A stretch of 63,299 nucleotides of DNA, counting the filler, from Dirinaria sp. TL-2023a (Eukaryota), in the NCBI GenBank assembly GCA_051941275.1. It is 7 parts of 7 records of this genome, joined end to end, with 100 filler letters (N's around TTAATTAATTAA, not from the genome) between each part and the next. Parts side by side here need not be neighbours in the genome. Positions count along the whole stretch, not along the records: positions 1 to 8,966 come from JAVEBF010001113.1; positions 9,067 to 18,030 come from JAVEBF010001114.1; 5 more parts are not named here. The stretch is one strand, 5' to 3'. Of the stretch, positions 1 through 12,161 are shown one piece after another. Every line of letters begins with the position of its first letter. The first letter of the stretch is position 1. Position numbers and translations under genes: made by a program. Below the pieces are notes generated by a model, which was given only the letters and a program-made list of their open reading frames with translations, was not told the origin of the DNA and did no database searches.

Positions 1-3000
1 CACCAACCCTGTCCATCTGATTGATGATATCAAAGACAGCCCCGCGCTAAACCCCTTCCTTCCTATCGATGCGCGCATTACCTTGCCTTGCCTCTACTAC
101 TCCCCACGCAAACCATGAACACTCCAAATCATCTATGCGAGGAAATGTAGCTTGAAACAGTCAGTCGGAATTTCATCGACTGCTTTGTAGGACCACAGGC
201 TTCGTGGGCATACCATGAGCATTCCGAAGCAAAGAATGTTATTGTACCGAATGGTGCGCTTGCGGTACGGAGTACCTACCTTACCTTACGGCGGTCACGA
301 GAGCTTGCATAGGGCTCGGCAGGAACGTAGAGCCGTCCCCCCCGGTGTTCCTCAACATTATTATTGCTGTTTGCCTTAAAGCAATATTATTATCATGATT
401 AGATGTCGCCATAGCAATAATAACCATATAATCTAAACTTTAATCGGCCCATGCAGGAAGAGAATCATACAAGTATTGATGGCTATTCTATCCGCTCTCT
501 CGTCTAGTGCAAGCTCATCTCAGGCTTCCATGACATCCCAGCACCATGGAATCGGTTCAGATGCGCGGTCGCTGGAACGATGAAAGAAGCAATCTTGTCC
601 GAGCGCCAGATCATAGATGGGCACATCTCTGTGCCAGATGAGAAGCTGTTCGGGGACTGCTGACCGGTTGCCTGCGTACAGTACCTCCAGACTGGTACCA
701 CCCAAAAGCTTGCATATGTTTGTGCGGATGGAATTGGTTCAATCCTCTCGTTCCTCGACGGATCTGCGAAAAGCGTGGGTGAACATGCTTAAACGAGTCC
801 TAGTCCAAACGGCGACTCATTTCCCTCTGATTATGCTGACACAGGAGTATATGGTTGGGCGTTTGGCGGTGAAGCTGTCAGCACCGCCATGACATTCCAG
901 CATCGCGGTTCATATGCAGGCCACCGGGCACCGTGGACAGGCCGTACAACCTGTCGCTTGATTGGGTCTGCTGAAAATATCTGTAAAGCGCCGATGGGAA
1001 AAAGGGTCCATGCGTATCATATCTCTCCCCACAGCCTTTTTTTGTTTCTCGGGAACAGGGACTGCGATCTCCCTTAGGCGACGTCGTACTGAACCGTCCC
1101 GTCGGAGCAGCTTTTTGACTCTGATCGCTAAGAAGCCAGTCATCCAGTAATTTGGGAACCGATACAGATAGGAAAGTGTCAGGCTCGCAGATCCCCCTGG
1201 GCATGCGACTGTTTGGGCGAGCCGGGGTGTGCCAATACCGTAAAGTACTTACCTCGGCTCTCGTTGTCGTTTAGGATCAGCTAAGCTTTCCACAATACTT
1301 ATGAAGGCACAGCGGACCAGTGAAAACGTCCCGATCTAAGGGTAAAGTACTTTAGTTTTGGACGGCTCGGCGGTTGGCCCACATCCGTTTGAATCTCACA
1401 ACGGCTGATCTCAAACCCAGATTTTCCACCAGCTTCTCGGTTAGCGATGAGATCCATGTCGCACAACGTGGGATCTAGCGTCGTGCGGTCGTGCCAGGAT
1501 TTAAGGATCCAGACTGGTCACTCACTGGTCAGTCTCGGTGGCAAACGTAAAACCCGAAATCGCCTGTTGGAGTTAAATTGCTTCGATGGCTTGGAACAAT
1601 CAACACTACTACCGCGTACGGCCACGAGACACAGCTCGTATCTTTGGCTCTACTACTCATACGGGAATACGATAATCAATAACGGTCGAAGGCGTCAACG
1701 TGGCCAGTCACGCGCGGAAAAGTCAGTCATTCGGAAGACTCGGATACAAGAAAACGCGGGAGATAATTATGAAAGCACCATCTGGACGAGTATAAGGTAA
1801 GCTACCTGATAAGCTTTGGAGGCTTTGAGCCCACCTCGCTCTGTAATAGGCGCCACACGAAACCTCGATTTCAGCCTGATCGCGATCTCACTTGCATTCG
1901 CGCCGCCGATCGCAGGTCTTGCTAACCGGACATGAAATTTCACTCCGCCCACACCGTCTCACCTGTTTCTGGTAATACCCTACCAGTATGCGAGATTCGA
2001 TGCTCCAGATCACCCTCTGGCTGTGTAGATGTTGGAGGTTGATCTTGCTTGTGAATGTGCTTATTTCGCTACAGGCCATTGTTATTATTGCTGTAGAAAA
2101 TATGACAGTCGAAGGTAATCTTACAATCTATCATATCGAGTCAGAAGACAAAAACTTTTTGAGTTTTACCATCCTAGCAGATGGAATAATCATATTACTC
2201 ACACCAATGCGAAACCACGTTATCCACAGGATTGCGACACCATTTTCAGCCTCCACTCAAACATTGGCCGCGTGTTCGCTCCAAGGCCTATCTGAGCGAC
2301 CACGTCCAAATTGAAAACTTTGGAGCGATCGGATTTCAGCTAATGCACACATCGAAATCTTGATAAAATCCCATTTTCAAAGGCAGAATCATAAACAAGA
2401 TTATTATTATTAACAGGGGGTTTTCGCGGATTGAAATTAGCTTTGACAACATGCGTCTCCTCGTACGAGTAACGTATGGGCGCTCAGGTCGCCGTGACCT
2501 TGCCCTTTACGGGTTTGTTCTTGCTGTGGCCCTCGATGCGCTGTTGCATAAGGTAGCAAGCCAATCATGTCGCGGCGGGAGATCTCGATCACCGCTCATG
2601 CATCATCCCCCGTGTGTTCACCGGCATTATTCTTCTGCATCCCACGGCAACCCGATAGACCGACACCAGACCAATTACGAGATGCAGCCTGCGTACGCAT
2701 GTATTGCCAACGGCTGCGCAGCGCTTGCAAGGCATTATCGTCGTCACTCTCCCTACGAAAAGCTTCATTGGTGCTGGCCAGGGGAGATGTCGGCTTGGCA
2801 TCAATCAATCTTTCGCCTACATGTACGGGGTGAACACTATGCTTCGCATATGCTTGAGCCTTAACCCTCTGATGTTAGAAGTATAATTATCTGATAAAAA
2901 CTACAGCAATCTCACAATCTCACAATCTCAAGGGTGTAATCTCAAGGGGCTCAAGGGGCAAACTGCGAGAGCTCTACGATAATCTATGGCCTGAGCGCCC

Positions 3001-6000
3001 GCACGACTGTATTAGAGTTGGCGCTCAAGCAAGGCAGGCCCTGGATGCGCGACTCACGCGAGGTTGGGCCTCTGCAGCGAACAATAATATGGGGAAAGTG
3101 AATGCGGAATCGAGAAAAGCTTGCTACCCCTTAGCCATGGTTGACAAGCTGATCAACAGCAAGGTACGTACATATTCACGAGACCCAGGGGAATCTTCCA
3201 GACACGAGTTTGCTCTCGTCGTTGAGCGAGTGCTTTATTAGCAATCGTACGAAGGATACGACGTGGCTTAGGATTCGTTAGTATTCTCAGTTTGGCATGA
3301 GAAAGTTTAATGCGCCCTCCCCGCTTTATGGGAATCGTCAAGTTGGTGAATCTACAGAGGTCCCTTCCAGCCTCCTCACCCTGGATCACTGCTAGTGACG
3401 CTTCTTCAAGAAGCTTATTTCCAGTCATCGCAGCATCGCTAAACAGCGTTCCCCTCTCAGCCAGTCGACCCTATGACTGCGTTACACGTAAACCATCGAA
3501 CTGCTTAAGCTCTCTGTTTTAAGATGCAGAACTGCAACTACCTCGACCCGGCAGTCTGGTAACGATAACGTCCGAGCGGACGCGACTTGTTACTTTTGTA
3601 GGATCTCAATATCGCCACTGTCGATGATTGCAGGTCATGGCCAGAGAGGGTCATGATTCGACAAAAGGCAGGTCAATGCGAGCCAAAGCTTCGTCGTTTA
3701 TTGCCAATTGCCAGACACCTGGCCCCCTTGGGTGGAGTTCCTGCCTCACTGACAGCTGTCAAAACGATCTACCGAGCATATGCATGCCATCGACCATCTC
3801 GCATATCAGGTAGGACTAGGTATCGTCGCCAAACAGTACAGGCCCCGACATTTCTGCTTGTTTCACCTACTCTCTCCCAATGGTTCGATTGACTGGACTT
3901 GTCTCCACGTCCGGACCTTCCATACGCGCTTCCCAGCGTCTGCATGAACTCTTGACAGTAAGGAAGTACGAGCCGCGCACGGATCTCTGTGCAACAGTCA
4001 GTCTGTAGTAAGTCGGCTGCATCTTTGACAGCGGCATTATGCATGATTTATCTTCCGACGAGACATACAGCGGATACCAGCCCAAGGGTTCACACACCAT
4101 CTCGTCTTCCCCTTCGGGGATCTCGATATCGCCCTCCAAGGAGTATCATGCGATATCCCACACCCACTAAGCGCATCCCTACGGAAGTTGATGCCTTAGG
4201 GTCTTCCGCTCACTGGTATCGCGCGTTGTCTCATGATTGGTACTACTGACCAAGAAGCCATTCTCATTTGGTTCATCACATTCCTATTTCGTGCTGTTTC
4301 GCATCATGCGTCTCCACTTCGCTGTGTTCTTCTTTTCTTCTTTTGTCGTTGAGCAGCATCCGAATCGGTCGCAACGCATCTAAGGGAAGACTCGCATAGT
4401 TGCATTCCAGAACGGGTTACTGACACCTGTCAAACTTGCATGCTGCACTTGTCCGTTCTTGCTCCCATACGGATGACCATACACTGTGCCAGCTTTGTCC
4501 TACGGGTCAAAAGTGTTACAGTATCCAGACTGACCCAATTGTGATGTCGCGTGGCTGCTGAGATACTGCGTTGATGTCCGCAAACCGATTGCTCATTTTT
4601 CGAATATGAGCGGAAGCCATTAAATGGTGCATATGGAGTACATTATTACGCTTCGGGATCCTCTTCCACTAGGCCGCTCGAAGAAGCGCTGCCAAGGACC
4701 CGTGATCAGAGGACAAGCCCTGACCCTAAGCTCGTTGACATCATCGCGCTGTGTCTCAACTAATGGTGCTTTGACTGTGGCAAAGGAACCAAGGGTCCAA
4801 GACGATCTTGATCAAGGACAGAGCCGCCGATTTGGCCTTCTAGCAGTGTACTCGTACCATCTTCTATCCCAAAATTGATAGCAAAATCATAGCAGCTCCT
4901 ATTGCGCGGACGTTGAGACGACGCATATCCTAGCGAAGAGACGCCGGAAATTTTGGTTCTCTCAAATTTCCAGTCGACAGATCATGGCAGCCAGAACCCC
5001 TCTCTACTCTTCCTGTCCTCTCCATTTCCCAATGTAGACCCACGTAGTATTTCACAAACACTAAACTCCCATTGCAATGCTTTCCTTAAATCAAAGACAA
5101 TTTTCGCGCTCTTGTAAGCACACTCTCTGTCGCTTCCAACAGACCACTTCCGCTTGATCTGGAAATACAACCATAGACGTAACAGAGCGGCTTCAATACT
5201 GCTTACACCCTTTCACGACCCCACCTTCAACAAATAATACGAAGGGTCAAAACAACCTGCGTTCTTTGACGAGGTCAGCAGCTTCTCAAGTTGGATGTGC
5301 AGAGAAAAGAAGGAAGTATGAATTGTTATTTTATGCAATCTAATCGTACTGTGCTCAGGACGGGGCAAGGAAAGACTAGACAAAAACAAAACCCTTTCCA
5401 ATACCACGGATGTTCCCCAGTGGGGCTTCAAAAATCACATCCCTTCCCAAGATTTCTCGTTCCATCACAATGGTGTCAAGGCGTCTCTGAAGAGACCGGC
5501 GGCTGGTGTGCTTCGAAGATGAGACTTCTCGACCGTGTAAACACCGGTTCTTACGATTTGATCACAGAGAACCTTGACGTGGAAGCAGGTGATGGAGTCA
5601 GTGGTGAAGGCAACAGCGAAAAGAGGGAGGATGGAGAAGAATGCATTGGTGTTGGTGGACCCACATTTTGAAGCGTAGGTGAGGATGGATTTGAAGTACT
5701 CTCTATATCGGAAAGGAAGACCGGGTTCAACGATATTTCGTAGGTCCACTTGAAGGTGAGCTTCTTTCCGAGCAGGGCAGGATATCGTTCGCTAATGCTG
5801 TCACCATTCACAGGCAACGTAACGGCTAGCCTTGAGCACGACCTGACTATAACCGTCTAGACCAATGGCAGAAGGGGACTGGCAGTGCCCTAAGGTCTAT
5901 CTGCCTGGCAGGTCTATCCGCATATTGTTGGTGGAAGGCCCTGCGATAAGGTTGGATAGGTGTTTTCTCCTTGACTGCAACCCGCTTGTATGGGATGCTT

Positions 6001-6794
6001 AGTTACTTTCAAAAAGCCATGGATGCAGGAAAACCTCTTGTAGCCACGGCATTATACCATTGCCGTTATAGCACCAAGATCATGGACTTCGTTCTCTCAT
6101 ACAGACGCAAATTACTCACCTTTCGTGAGTACCTAGATGTAATGCCAAGCCTGGTTGCTCCCATCCAACTCGTCATCGATATTCTTACATATTCTACCAT
6201 CCCATTGCTTGCTCCTCCTATCGATGGCAGCGGTTTAAGGCCGTCTTTCCTTGAGGGGCCCTCGATCCTACAGTCATCAGACTGTTCGCTACGGCCATCC
6301 GGAGCAAATATTCCGAGAATCCTTCCCTATAAAGCGCCTGGTCATTCGGGTACCGGGTCAGGTTTATTTTACCTTCCTCCCCAACCCTGGCCAGATATTC
6401 GAAACCCTCGAGTAATGTGGATGCTTAGCAGCTAGGTCTTTCAACAGCCTTCAGACTATCTTTGGGGAAGGGTAAAGGTTGGAGGGCAGGTTCCACAGCC
6501 AGCACCATCAGGCTTTAAGATATCCTGTCCGAGGAAAGGCTCATGCTTGCACACAGGCCTTTTATACCGACGACCTTGGAAGCATTCTGACTGTGGCAAT
6601 ACTCAAGCTTGAGTAGCCAGCTTTTGTTCAAGGCAGTGAAAGCCTCATCGCCAGAAGCCCAGATCCCTTTAAGTCAGGTAGGTTGGCAATCAAGTATCAC
6701 GAAGCAAGCTGATCCCAGTGCTCCAGATAGACAATTGGCGACCGTCACATTTCGAAGGGGTTTCTCTTGCATTAGCTTCGTACAGTCAGTCAGG

Positions 6795-7553
6795 ATGTCA
6801 ACCTTCTTGAAGCTTCCAAGGGAGATCCGCGATATGATCTACGATTATTGCTTAGTCGTCAACGGGCACATCGTGCCGTACAAGGAGAACTGCGAACGTG
6901 ATACGGATCAAGATTACACAGGCGAAAAGCCCGCCGTTGGTCTACTGGCAGTCAACAAGGCGATCCGTGATGAAGCTGCGCCGACGTTCTACGGGAAGAA
7001 CATTTGGCGAATAACATCTCAGGCGGATAAGCTAGGAGATGATGGATCGACTTTTTCTAACCCGGATTCGAAAACTATCTGGACCATTCATGCCGCCTTG
7101 TTTCGCCATGTCATCGTCCACGCTCATCAATTGGATGTCGATGAACTCGATGCGAAGGTCCTCCTTGACATCGCTCGCCCCCAGCCCGCTAATGCTACGC
7201 TCGAAGAGCATATAATGCAAGCTGATCATAAACACGATTTCATTCACATGCACAAATCTTGGATGTTTCAGTTCGATGCCGTACTGAGCATGCCGAATCT
7301 CATCTCCCTGACCTTCGACTTGCACAATCTCTTCTGGCGGAGCGGATACTGCAGCTATGGGAGCTTGCGTGAATTCTTTGCCAGTTTCGCCGATTGCTGG
7401 GAAAGCTACCTACTGAAAGAAGGGATCCCTACTAATAAATTGGCCGATAACGTCGAGGTTACTTATGTTGTGAGGCTCAACAATAGCGAGTTGGAAGCTG
7501 TACAGACGGCCGGAAGTTGCTGGCTTAGGCCTCATGTGCCGTACGTTGTCTGA
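6795..7553 (+). CDS. Hypothetical protein with N-terminal F-box-like 'FLxLPxEIRxMIY' motif (Pezizomycotina uncharacterised family)
   Basis: Intronless ORF. First in-frame ATG is at 6795 (MSTFLKLPREIRDMIYDYCL), followed by the typical 'LLAVNKAIRDEAAPTFYGKN' segment. The ORF-track start at 6609 is a TTG. Confidence 0.7.
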   Translation: MSTFLKLPREIRDMIYDYCLVVNGHIVPYKENCERDTDQDYTGEKPAVGLLAVNKAIRDEAAPTFYGKNIWRITSQADKLGDDGSTFSNPDSKTIWTIHAALFRHVIVHAHQLDVDELDAKVLLDIARPQPANATLEEHIMQADHKHDFIHMHKSWMFQFDAVLSMPNLISLTFDLHNLFWRSGYCSYGSLREFFASFADCWESYLLKEGIPTNKLADNVEVTYVVRLNNSELEAVQTAGSCWLRPHVPYVV

Positions 7554-8578
7554 GGAAGGTGGAACGAAGAGAGCCTAGAGAAAGGGTTCCAGAGATTGAG
7601 TCCTCAGGGAAAGATACCGACGATTTCGACAATGCTGAATTGCTTGAAGAATAAGAATGCAAACATCGCTTGGTATCGGAGGTTTTTTTTTAAAAAAAAA
7701 AGTGCTGGAGTCTTCTCTCATGTTGCTTGCACCTGTTAATTGCATTGCTCGTGCTTGGGCCTTCCATATCTGGTATTTATTTTCGGCAATCACTCCAAGC
7801 TTGTGTCGACTATCGATGCAGGTCTTCTGCTCCAGCTTAACTTCGAGATCTGTGGAAATCTGTACGACAAGAGACTCTCGAAATAGTATTCAACTAGCAG
7901 TAAGAGCGAACTAAATGCGGCGATTGCGCTGACGCCAACAAAAAATAGGTCGAGAGCGAAACAGTCCGCCGATCCATAGATAATAGCAATGCTCGCTCAC
8001 ATTTGCTCGAAGCTGAGCACGAGGTTCCTCGATAGCAAGACAACTCGTCTAAAACCAGATCCAAAAATAAGCCTTACAAACCAGCCAGCCGCAACCCCCA
8101 GTAAGATTACATACCATCCTCTCCAAAAAATAAAAATAAAAATAAAAAGGCATCAACTAAACCCCTTTCCTGATGCGAAAAAAAGAAGCATCCTCTAGCT
8201 TTAGTCACACACAACCCTCCTCGATTCGCGGAAACCTTACTTCCCTCAATCCCCTCCCACGTCACTCCACCTAAAACCCATCAATCTCATATATCGAATC
8301 TCTAAAGCTTCAAAAGCTCAAATCATATCTCGACGAGGAATCTTCGAAAAAATTACATTATATTTAATTATATATTATATGTATCGTCCATGTTATTCAC
8401 GATCAAAGCAAATGAAAATTCAGAACCCGCCACATATACCTACTCACTGTGGGTAGGTAGATACTCATCTAAAAAACCAAACCCTAAACCCTGAACCTCG
8501 AGAGTCTCGAATCGCTGCGTAAAATAAACCGAGGGCTTTCAGTCTGAAGTTTCGTTATATATTTCTCCCAAGAGCGAG

Positions 8579-8611
8579 GAAGAAGAAGAAGAAGAAGAAG
8601 AAGAAGAAGAA
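8579..8611 (+). repeat. (GAA)11 microsatellite in AT-rich low-complexity contig end
   Basis: Read directly from sequence. Confidence 0.95.
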
Positions 8612-8966
8612 GAGAAAAGAAGAGAAGATACATAGTCAGACAAGCCAAACCCCCCTTCTCTCTCTTCCCCCTCAAAACCCAAAAAAGCCCTGTTCCCATG
8701 TTTTCTCCCCATATTTCCCCCCCACCTTCTGGGGGTGATAAATCCTTTTTTTAGGTTCATGCTATTCGACGCTGTCATTAGGTTTTTATATGGTTGGGGT
8801 TTTTGGGGGTGTTTTCGTTGCTTGAACTTTTGGAAGGCCGTCCCTTAAGTTTTTTCTTGAGGGGGGTTTTCTTTTCTTCTTCTTTTTTTTTTTTAAGGGA
8901 GAGAGAGAAGGCTGAAGATGAGGCTGAAGAGAGGTTTTGATTAAGTACCCTATTTTTGTGAAGAAG

Positions 8967-9066
8967 NNNNNNNNNNNNNNNNNNNNNNNNNNNNNNNNNN
9001 NNNNNNNNNNTTAATTAATTAANNNNNNNNNNNNNNNNNNNNNNNNNNNNNNNNNNNNNNNNNNNN
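8967..9066. other. Artificial contig spacer 1 (44N-TTAATTAATTAA-44N)
   Basis: Fixed 100-bp N block with a six-frame-stop 12-mer; genes are cut at its edges. Confidence 0.98.
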
Positions 9067-11760
9067 CGTGTTGCGAAGAAGCGCGCAGCTCTACGACTGG
9101 CGAAAGAACAAGAAGAAGCGGCCCTGAGCAACACCGCCCCCATCGTTCAGAGCTCATCCTCATCGCCTATCCAACCCTCTCTAGATGAGGGCATTCACGA
9201 TGAGTCCAAGGATTCGGAAGCGGCGCAGACTGACGGAGAACCGGCGAAGATAACCGGTTTGCCCATAGAGCTCAATCAGGATTCAACAATCACTGAGGCT
9301 CTACCAACTCTGGAGTCTCTTCAGCCGTTCTCTACTGGTGCGGATAAGCCCCAGCTCCCTCTCGAGCCGGGCAATGCTACTGAGGCGTCCGCTCTGTCTA
9401 CGCTACCTGATCCAGACTTAGTCTTGGGACGATTACCAGAGCGCTGGGAAGACTCGGAGGACGACGAACCTCAGCCTAATAGCATCATCCATGGTTGTGA
9501 GGCAGCCAATGAGGGTAACGTCACCTATCTCCATGTGTACTTTGCCATACAGCATTTGCGGCCACCATACTCTGTACAAATTCGAATACTGCAGGACGCT
9601 GATCGGTCACTAGACTGGTTCCTGAATTCCTTCCGTGGGGCAAATGCACGCGTACAAGGATCTGTGGCAGTTGATGAAACTGGTGACCAAGAAGACGCGG
9701 TCGATGTTATCCAAGACCGGTCTGAGCTTCCACAAGGTGCTGATGAGGAAGGTGCTGCTGCGCCAACGTATCACCACCTCAACTACCTCTCGCAAGCTGT
9801 CTATGCCAAATCAGCGACGCCGCCAGAAGTATCCTTGTGGGCCGCAGTGACTTGTAGTCACATACTGATGAAGAATAGAATACCGCGGGTATACTCAAGG
9901 AAAGCAGTCTTGATCGCTCAAGCTTGGAAGTGGGTGGACCCCTGGACGTACTCGGGACCGGAAGGGCTACTCAGCCTCGATCTTGCAACGCTGCGTGAGA
10001 CTGTAATTGGACTGACCGAGAAAGTGTACTATCCCTGTGGTACCTGGGTCTATGATCGATATGATGACGATGAGAGCATTCCCCGGTCTGCTCAAGAGGT
10101 ACAAACCTGGTATGCATGGCATCAATCGCAAACCCAATTTTGGTATTGCTTCCCACACTTGGTCACGGAGAACGATGACTTATGGAGCGACAAGAAGAAA
10201 GAATCGTCAAAGACCCCGTGTGGAGGGTCGAAACTTCGACATGTTCAGAATGCGGAAGGCGAAGAGGATGTCAGCGACAACGCACTCTCACCCGAGGATC
10301 CTACTTCCTATGCCGAAGACCAGAATGCCGCCGAAGAAGAAGAATTACCACAGCGCGACTTCACTCATAGTGGAGAGTTTGATTGCAACAAGGAGTTGAC
10401 GGTAGATGTTGACTCCGCGGAGGATGTGGACGCTGGGGAGAGTGATGAGGAGATCTTGCCGGAGTGCAGCATCGAAGGCTCGCCTCGTAAAGCTCTTCTT
10501 CGAAAGGAGGAATGGCGGTCGGACTTCTTGGAGAGCCCTGAGCGTGTGCGAAACCGCTTATCAGGGGCAGAAAACATCCCCGGCTTTCGACCACCAGTGG
10601 ATGAGGATATTTATACGGATTCTGAGGCCTCGACAGAAGTGGATCTTGAGCCTGACTCGTCGCTCGAGGCTGAACACTTTTATAGTGGACCAAGCTTCTC
10701 TGGAATTGATATCGACATCGCGGAGTCGATTCTCTTATTCAAGAATGAAGGCGATTCGGCGGCTCCGCAAGACGTGCACCATGCCCTCGAATCAACGGGA
10801 ATCGAGGTTTCCTTACCATTCAGCAACAATGATACAGAAGCAGCCCAAACATCCAATGACGAAGCTGAGTCGCATTCTTCGGAGGCTGATGCGAACTCAT
10901 CTCCAGATAACGGCACTCCTGTAACGCCGCTGACGCCTTGGTTTCCTTGGTTTCCTGCCACTGCACAAGAGGTCCATGATGAAGTGTCCTCCAAAATTCT
11001 CGTTGCAGAGGATGAGCGGGTTTCTGAGAACTCTTATGGCGAAATCGACTACGAAGGCATTGCCGACATGTTCGCAGTTGAACCTCCTCTAGTTTCTGAG
11101 CATGGCAACAAAGGCGTTGAAGATGGTGGCGCGTCGGACACAGAGTTATTCAAAGCGATGCAAGCTACCGCATCATCAAAAGCCCTTGAAGTATCGGAGC
11201 TAGTGTTCGAAGCGGAAGATGTCCAAGATGAGTCGACCGAGGAGCCGTCACCGCTCGCGACATGTGCTGAGAACCAGGTATCCTTAGAGGCTGAACATGA
11301 ACCGTTGCTGTTCATCGAGGATCATTTCGACAACATTAGTCGAACTTCGGATGCTGCTTCAGAAGATTCCGGAATTAGCGATGATTCTCTACAAATGGTT
11401 CTCTATGATGCCGAACCACGGTGGTCCAAGGTCTTGAAGTTCTGCTCGCGATTCCTCATTCGCGCCTCGAAGATTTTGCACAAGCGCGAGTCAGGCCACG
11501 GCACAGAGGATGCCGACTCGAAGGATTCCGAAGGACAAGATCAATGTTTGGCAATGGTTTTGTACGAGCCTGAGCCACAATGGTCGAAGGCCTTGAAGCT
11601 CTGTGGGAAGTCGACGCTGTGGGTCGGTTCGGCCGCTGTAGGGATTGGTATGCTCCCAGTTCACGCTGGAGTTTTGGCAGCCAAGACACCGTTCAAAGCG
11701 GCGAACCAGACTTGGAAGGTTGGCAAGTGGGTTTGGAATCGGTTTGGAAGACGGAAGTAG
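9067..11760 (+). CDS. Large acidic, low-complexity hypothetical protein, 5'-truncated at the contig start
   Basis: Frame is open from the first base of the contig (RVAKKRAALRLAKEQEE...) to TAG at 11760, about 897 codons. It has an ordered-looking core (HHLNYLSQAVY...TPPEVSLWAAVT...AWKWVDPW) and an E/D/S-rich tail. Confidence 0.75.
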   Translation, partial: RVAKKRAALRLAKEQEEAALSNTAPIVQSSSSSPIQPSLDEGIHDESKDSEAAQTDGEPAKITGLPIELNQDSTITEALPTLESLQPFSTGADKPQLPLEPGNATEASALSTLPDPDLVLGRLPERWEDSEDDEPQPNSIIHGCEAANEGNVTYLHVYFAIQHLRPPYSVQIRILQDADRSLDWFLNSFRGANARVQGSVAVDETGDQEDAVDVIQDRSELPQGADEEGAAAPTYHHLNYLSQAVYAKSATPPEVSLWAAVTCSHILMKNRIPRVYSRKAVLIAQAWKWVDPWTYSGPEGLLSLDLATLRETVIGLTEKVYYPCGTWVYDRYDDDESIPRSAQEVQTWYAWHQSQTQFWYCFPHLVTENDDLWSDKKKESSKTPCGGSKLRHVQNAEGEEDVSDNALSPEDPTSYAEDQNAAEEEELPQRDFTHSGEFDCNKELTVDVDSAEDVDAGESDEEILPECSIEGSPRKALLRKEEWRSDFLESPERVRNRLSGAENIPGFRPPVDEDIYTDSEASTEVDLEPDSSLEAEHFYSGPSFSGIDIDIAESILLFKNEGDSAAPQDVHHALESTGIEVSLPFSNNDTEAAQTSNDEAESHSSEADANSSPDNGTPVTPLTPWFPWFPATAQEVHDEVSSKILVAEDERVSENSYGEIDYEGIADMFAVEPPLVSEHGNKGVEDGGASDTELFKAMQATASSKALEVSELVFEAEDVQDESTEEPSPLATCAENQVSLEAEHEPLLFIEDHFDNISRTSDAASEDSGISDDSLQMVLYDAEPRWSKVLKFCSRFLIRASKILHKRESGHGTEDADSKDSEGQDQCLAMVLYEPEPQWSKALKLCGKSTLWVGSAAVGIGMLPVHAGVLAAKTPFKAANQTWKVGKWVWNRFGRRK

Positions 11761-12161
11761 TTGGGTTCGGAGAGGAGTGAGGAGTTTACATTGGTAGATT
11801 GGGGGTGGTCTAGCGTGGTCGCTTGAAATTGTATCTTACGACTTGCTACAAGATTGGTGTCAGGCATGGGATAGGACGAGGATGGCGGGATTTGAATGAT
11901 GGAGATCATGCAGATACCCAGAATGCGTTTGCGGCTTCGTTCTTAAGCAATTGTATGCATTATTCTTCCTTAGCTTGCTCTTAATATGCATTATTCTTCT
12001 TTAGCTTGCTCCTTTAACATTAAGATGTTGCCCTTGCTATACAATGATGCTACCTAATCTTGTGCGTCGTGTATACAAGCCTATATATGGACACGATAGC
12101 CCACCGCCTCCGGATGCCCACTTGATATTCAGCTTCTACATACACATGAAAAGTTTCCCTA

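Noticed and set aside
8484..8778. Poly-Leu/poly-Ser ORFs (also 59493-59771 and the tail of 54703-55791)
   Set aside because: They are translations of (GAA)n or (CTTCTG)n microsatellites, not proteins.
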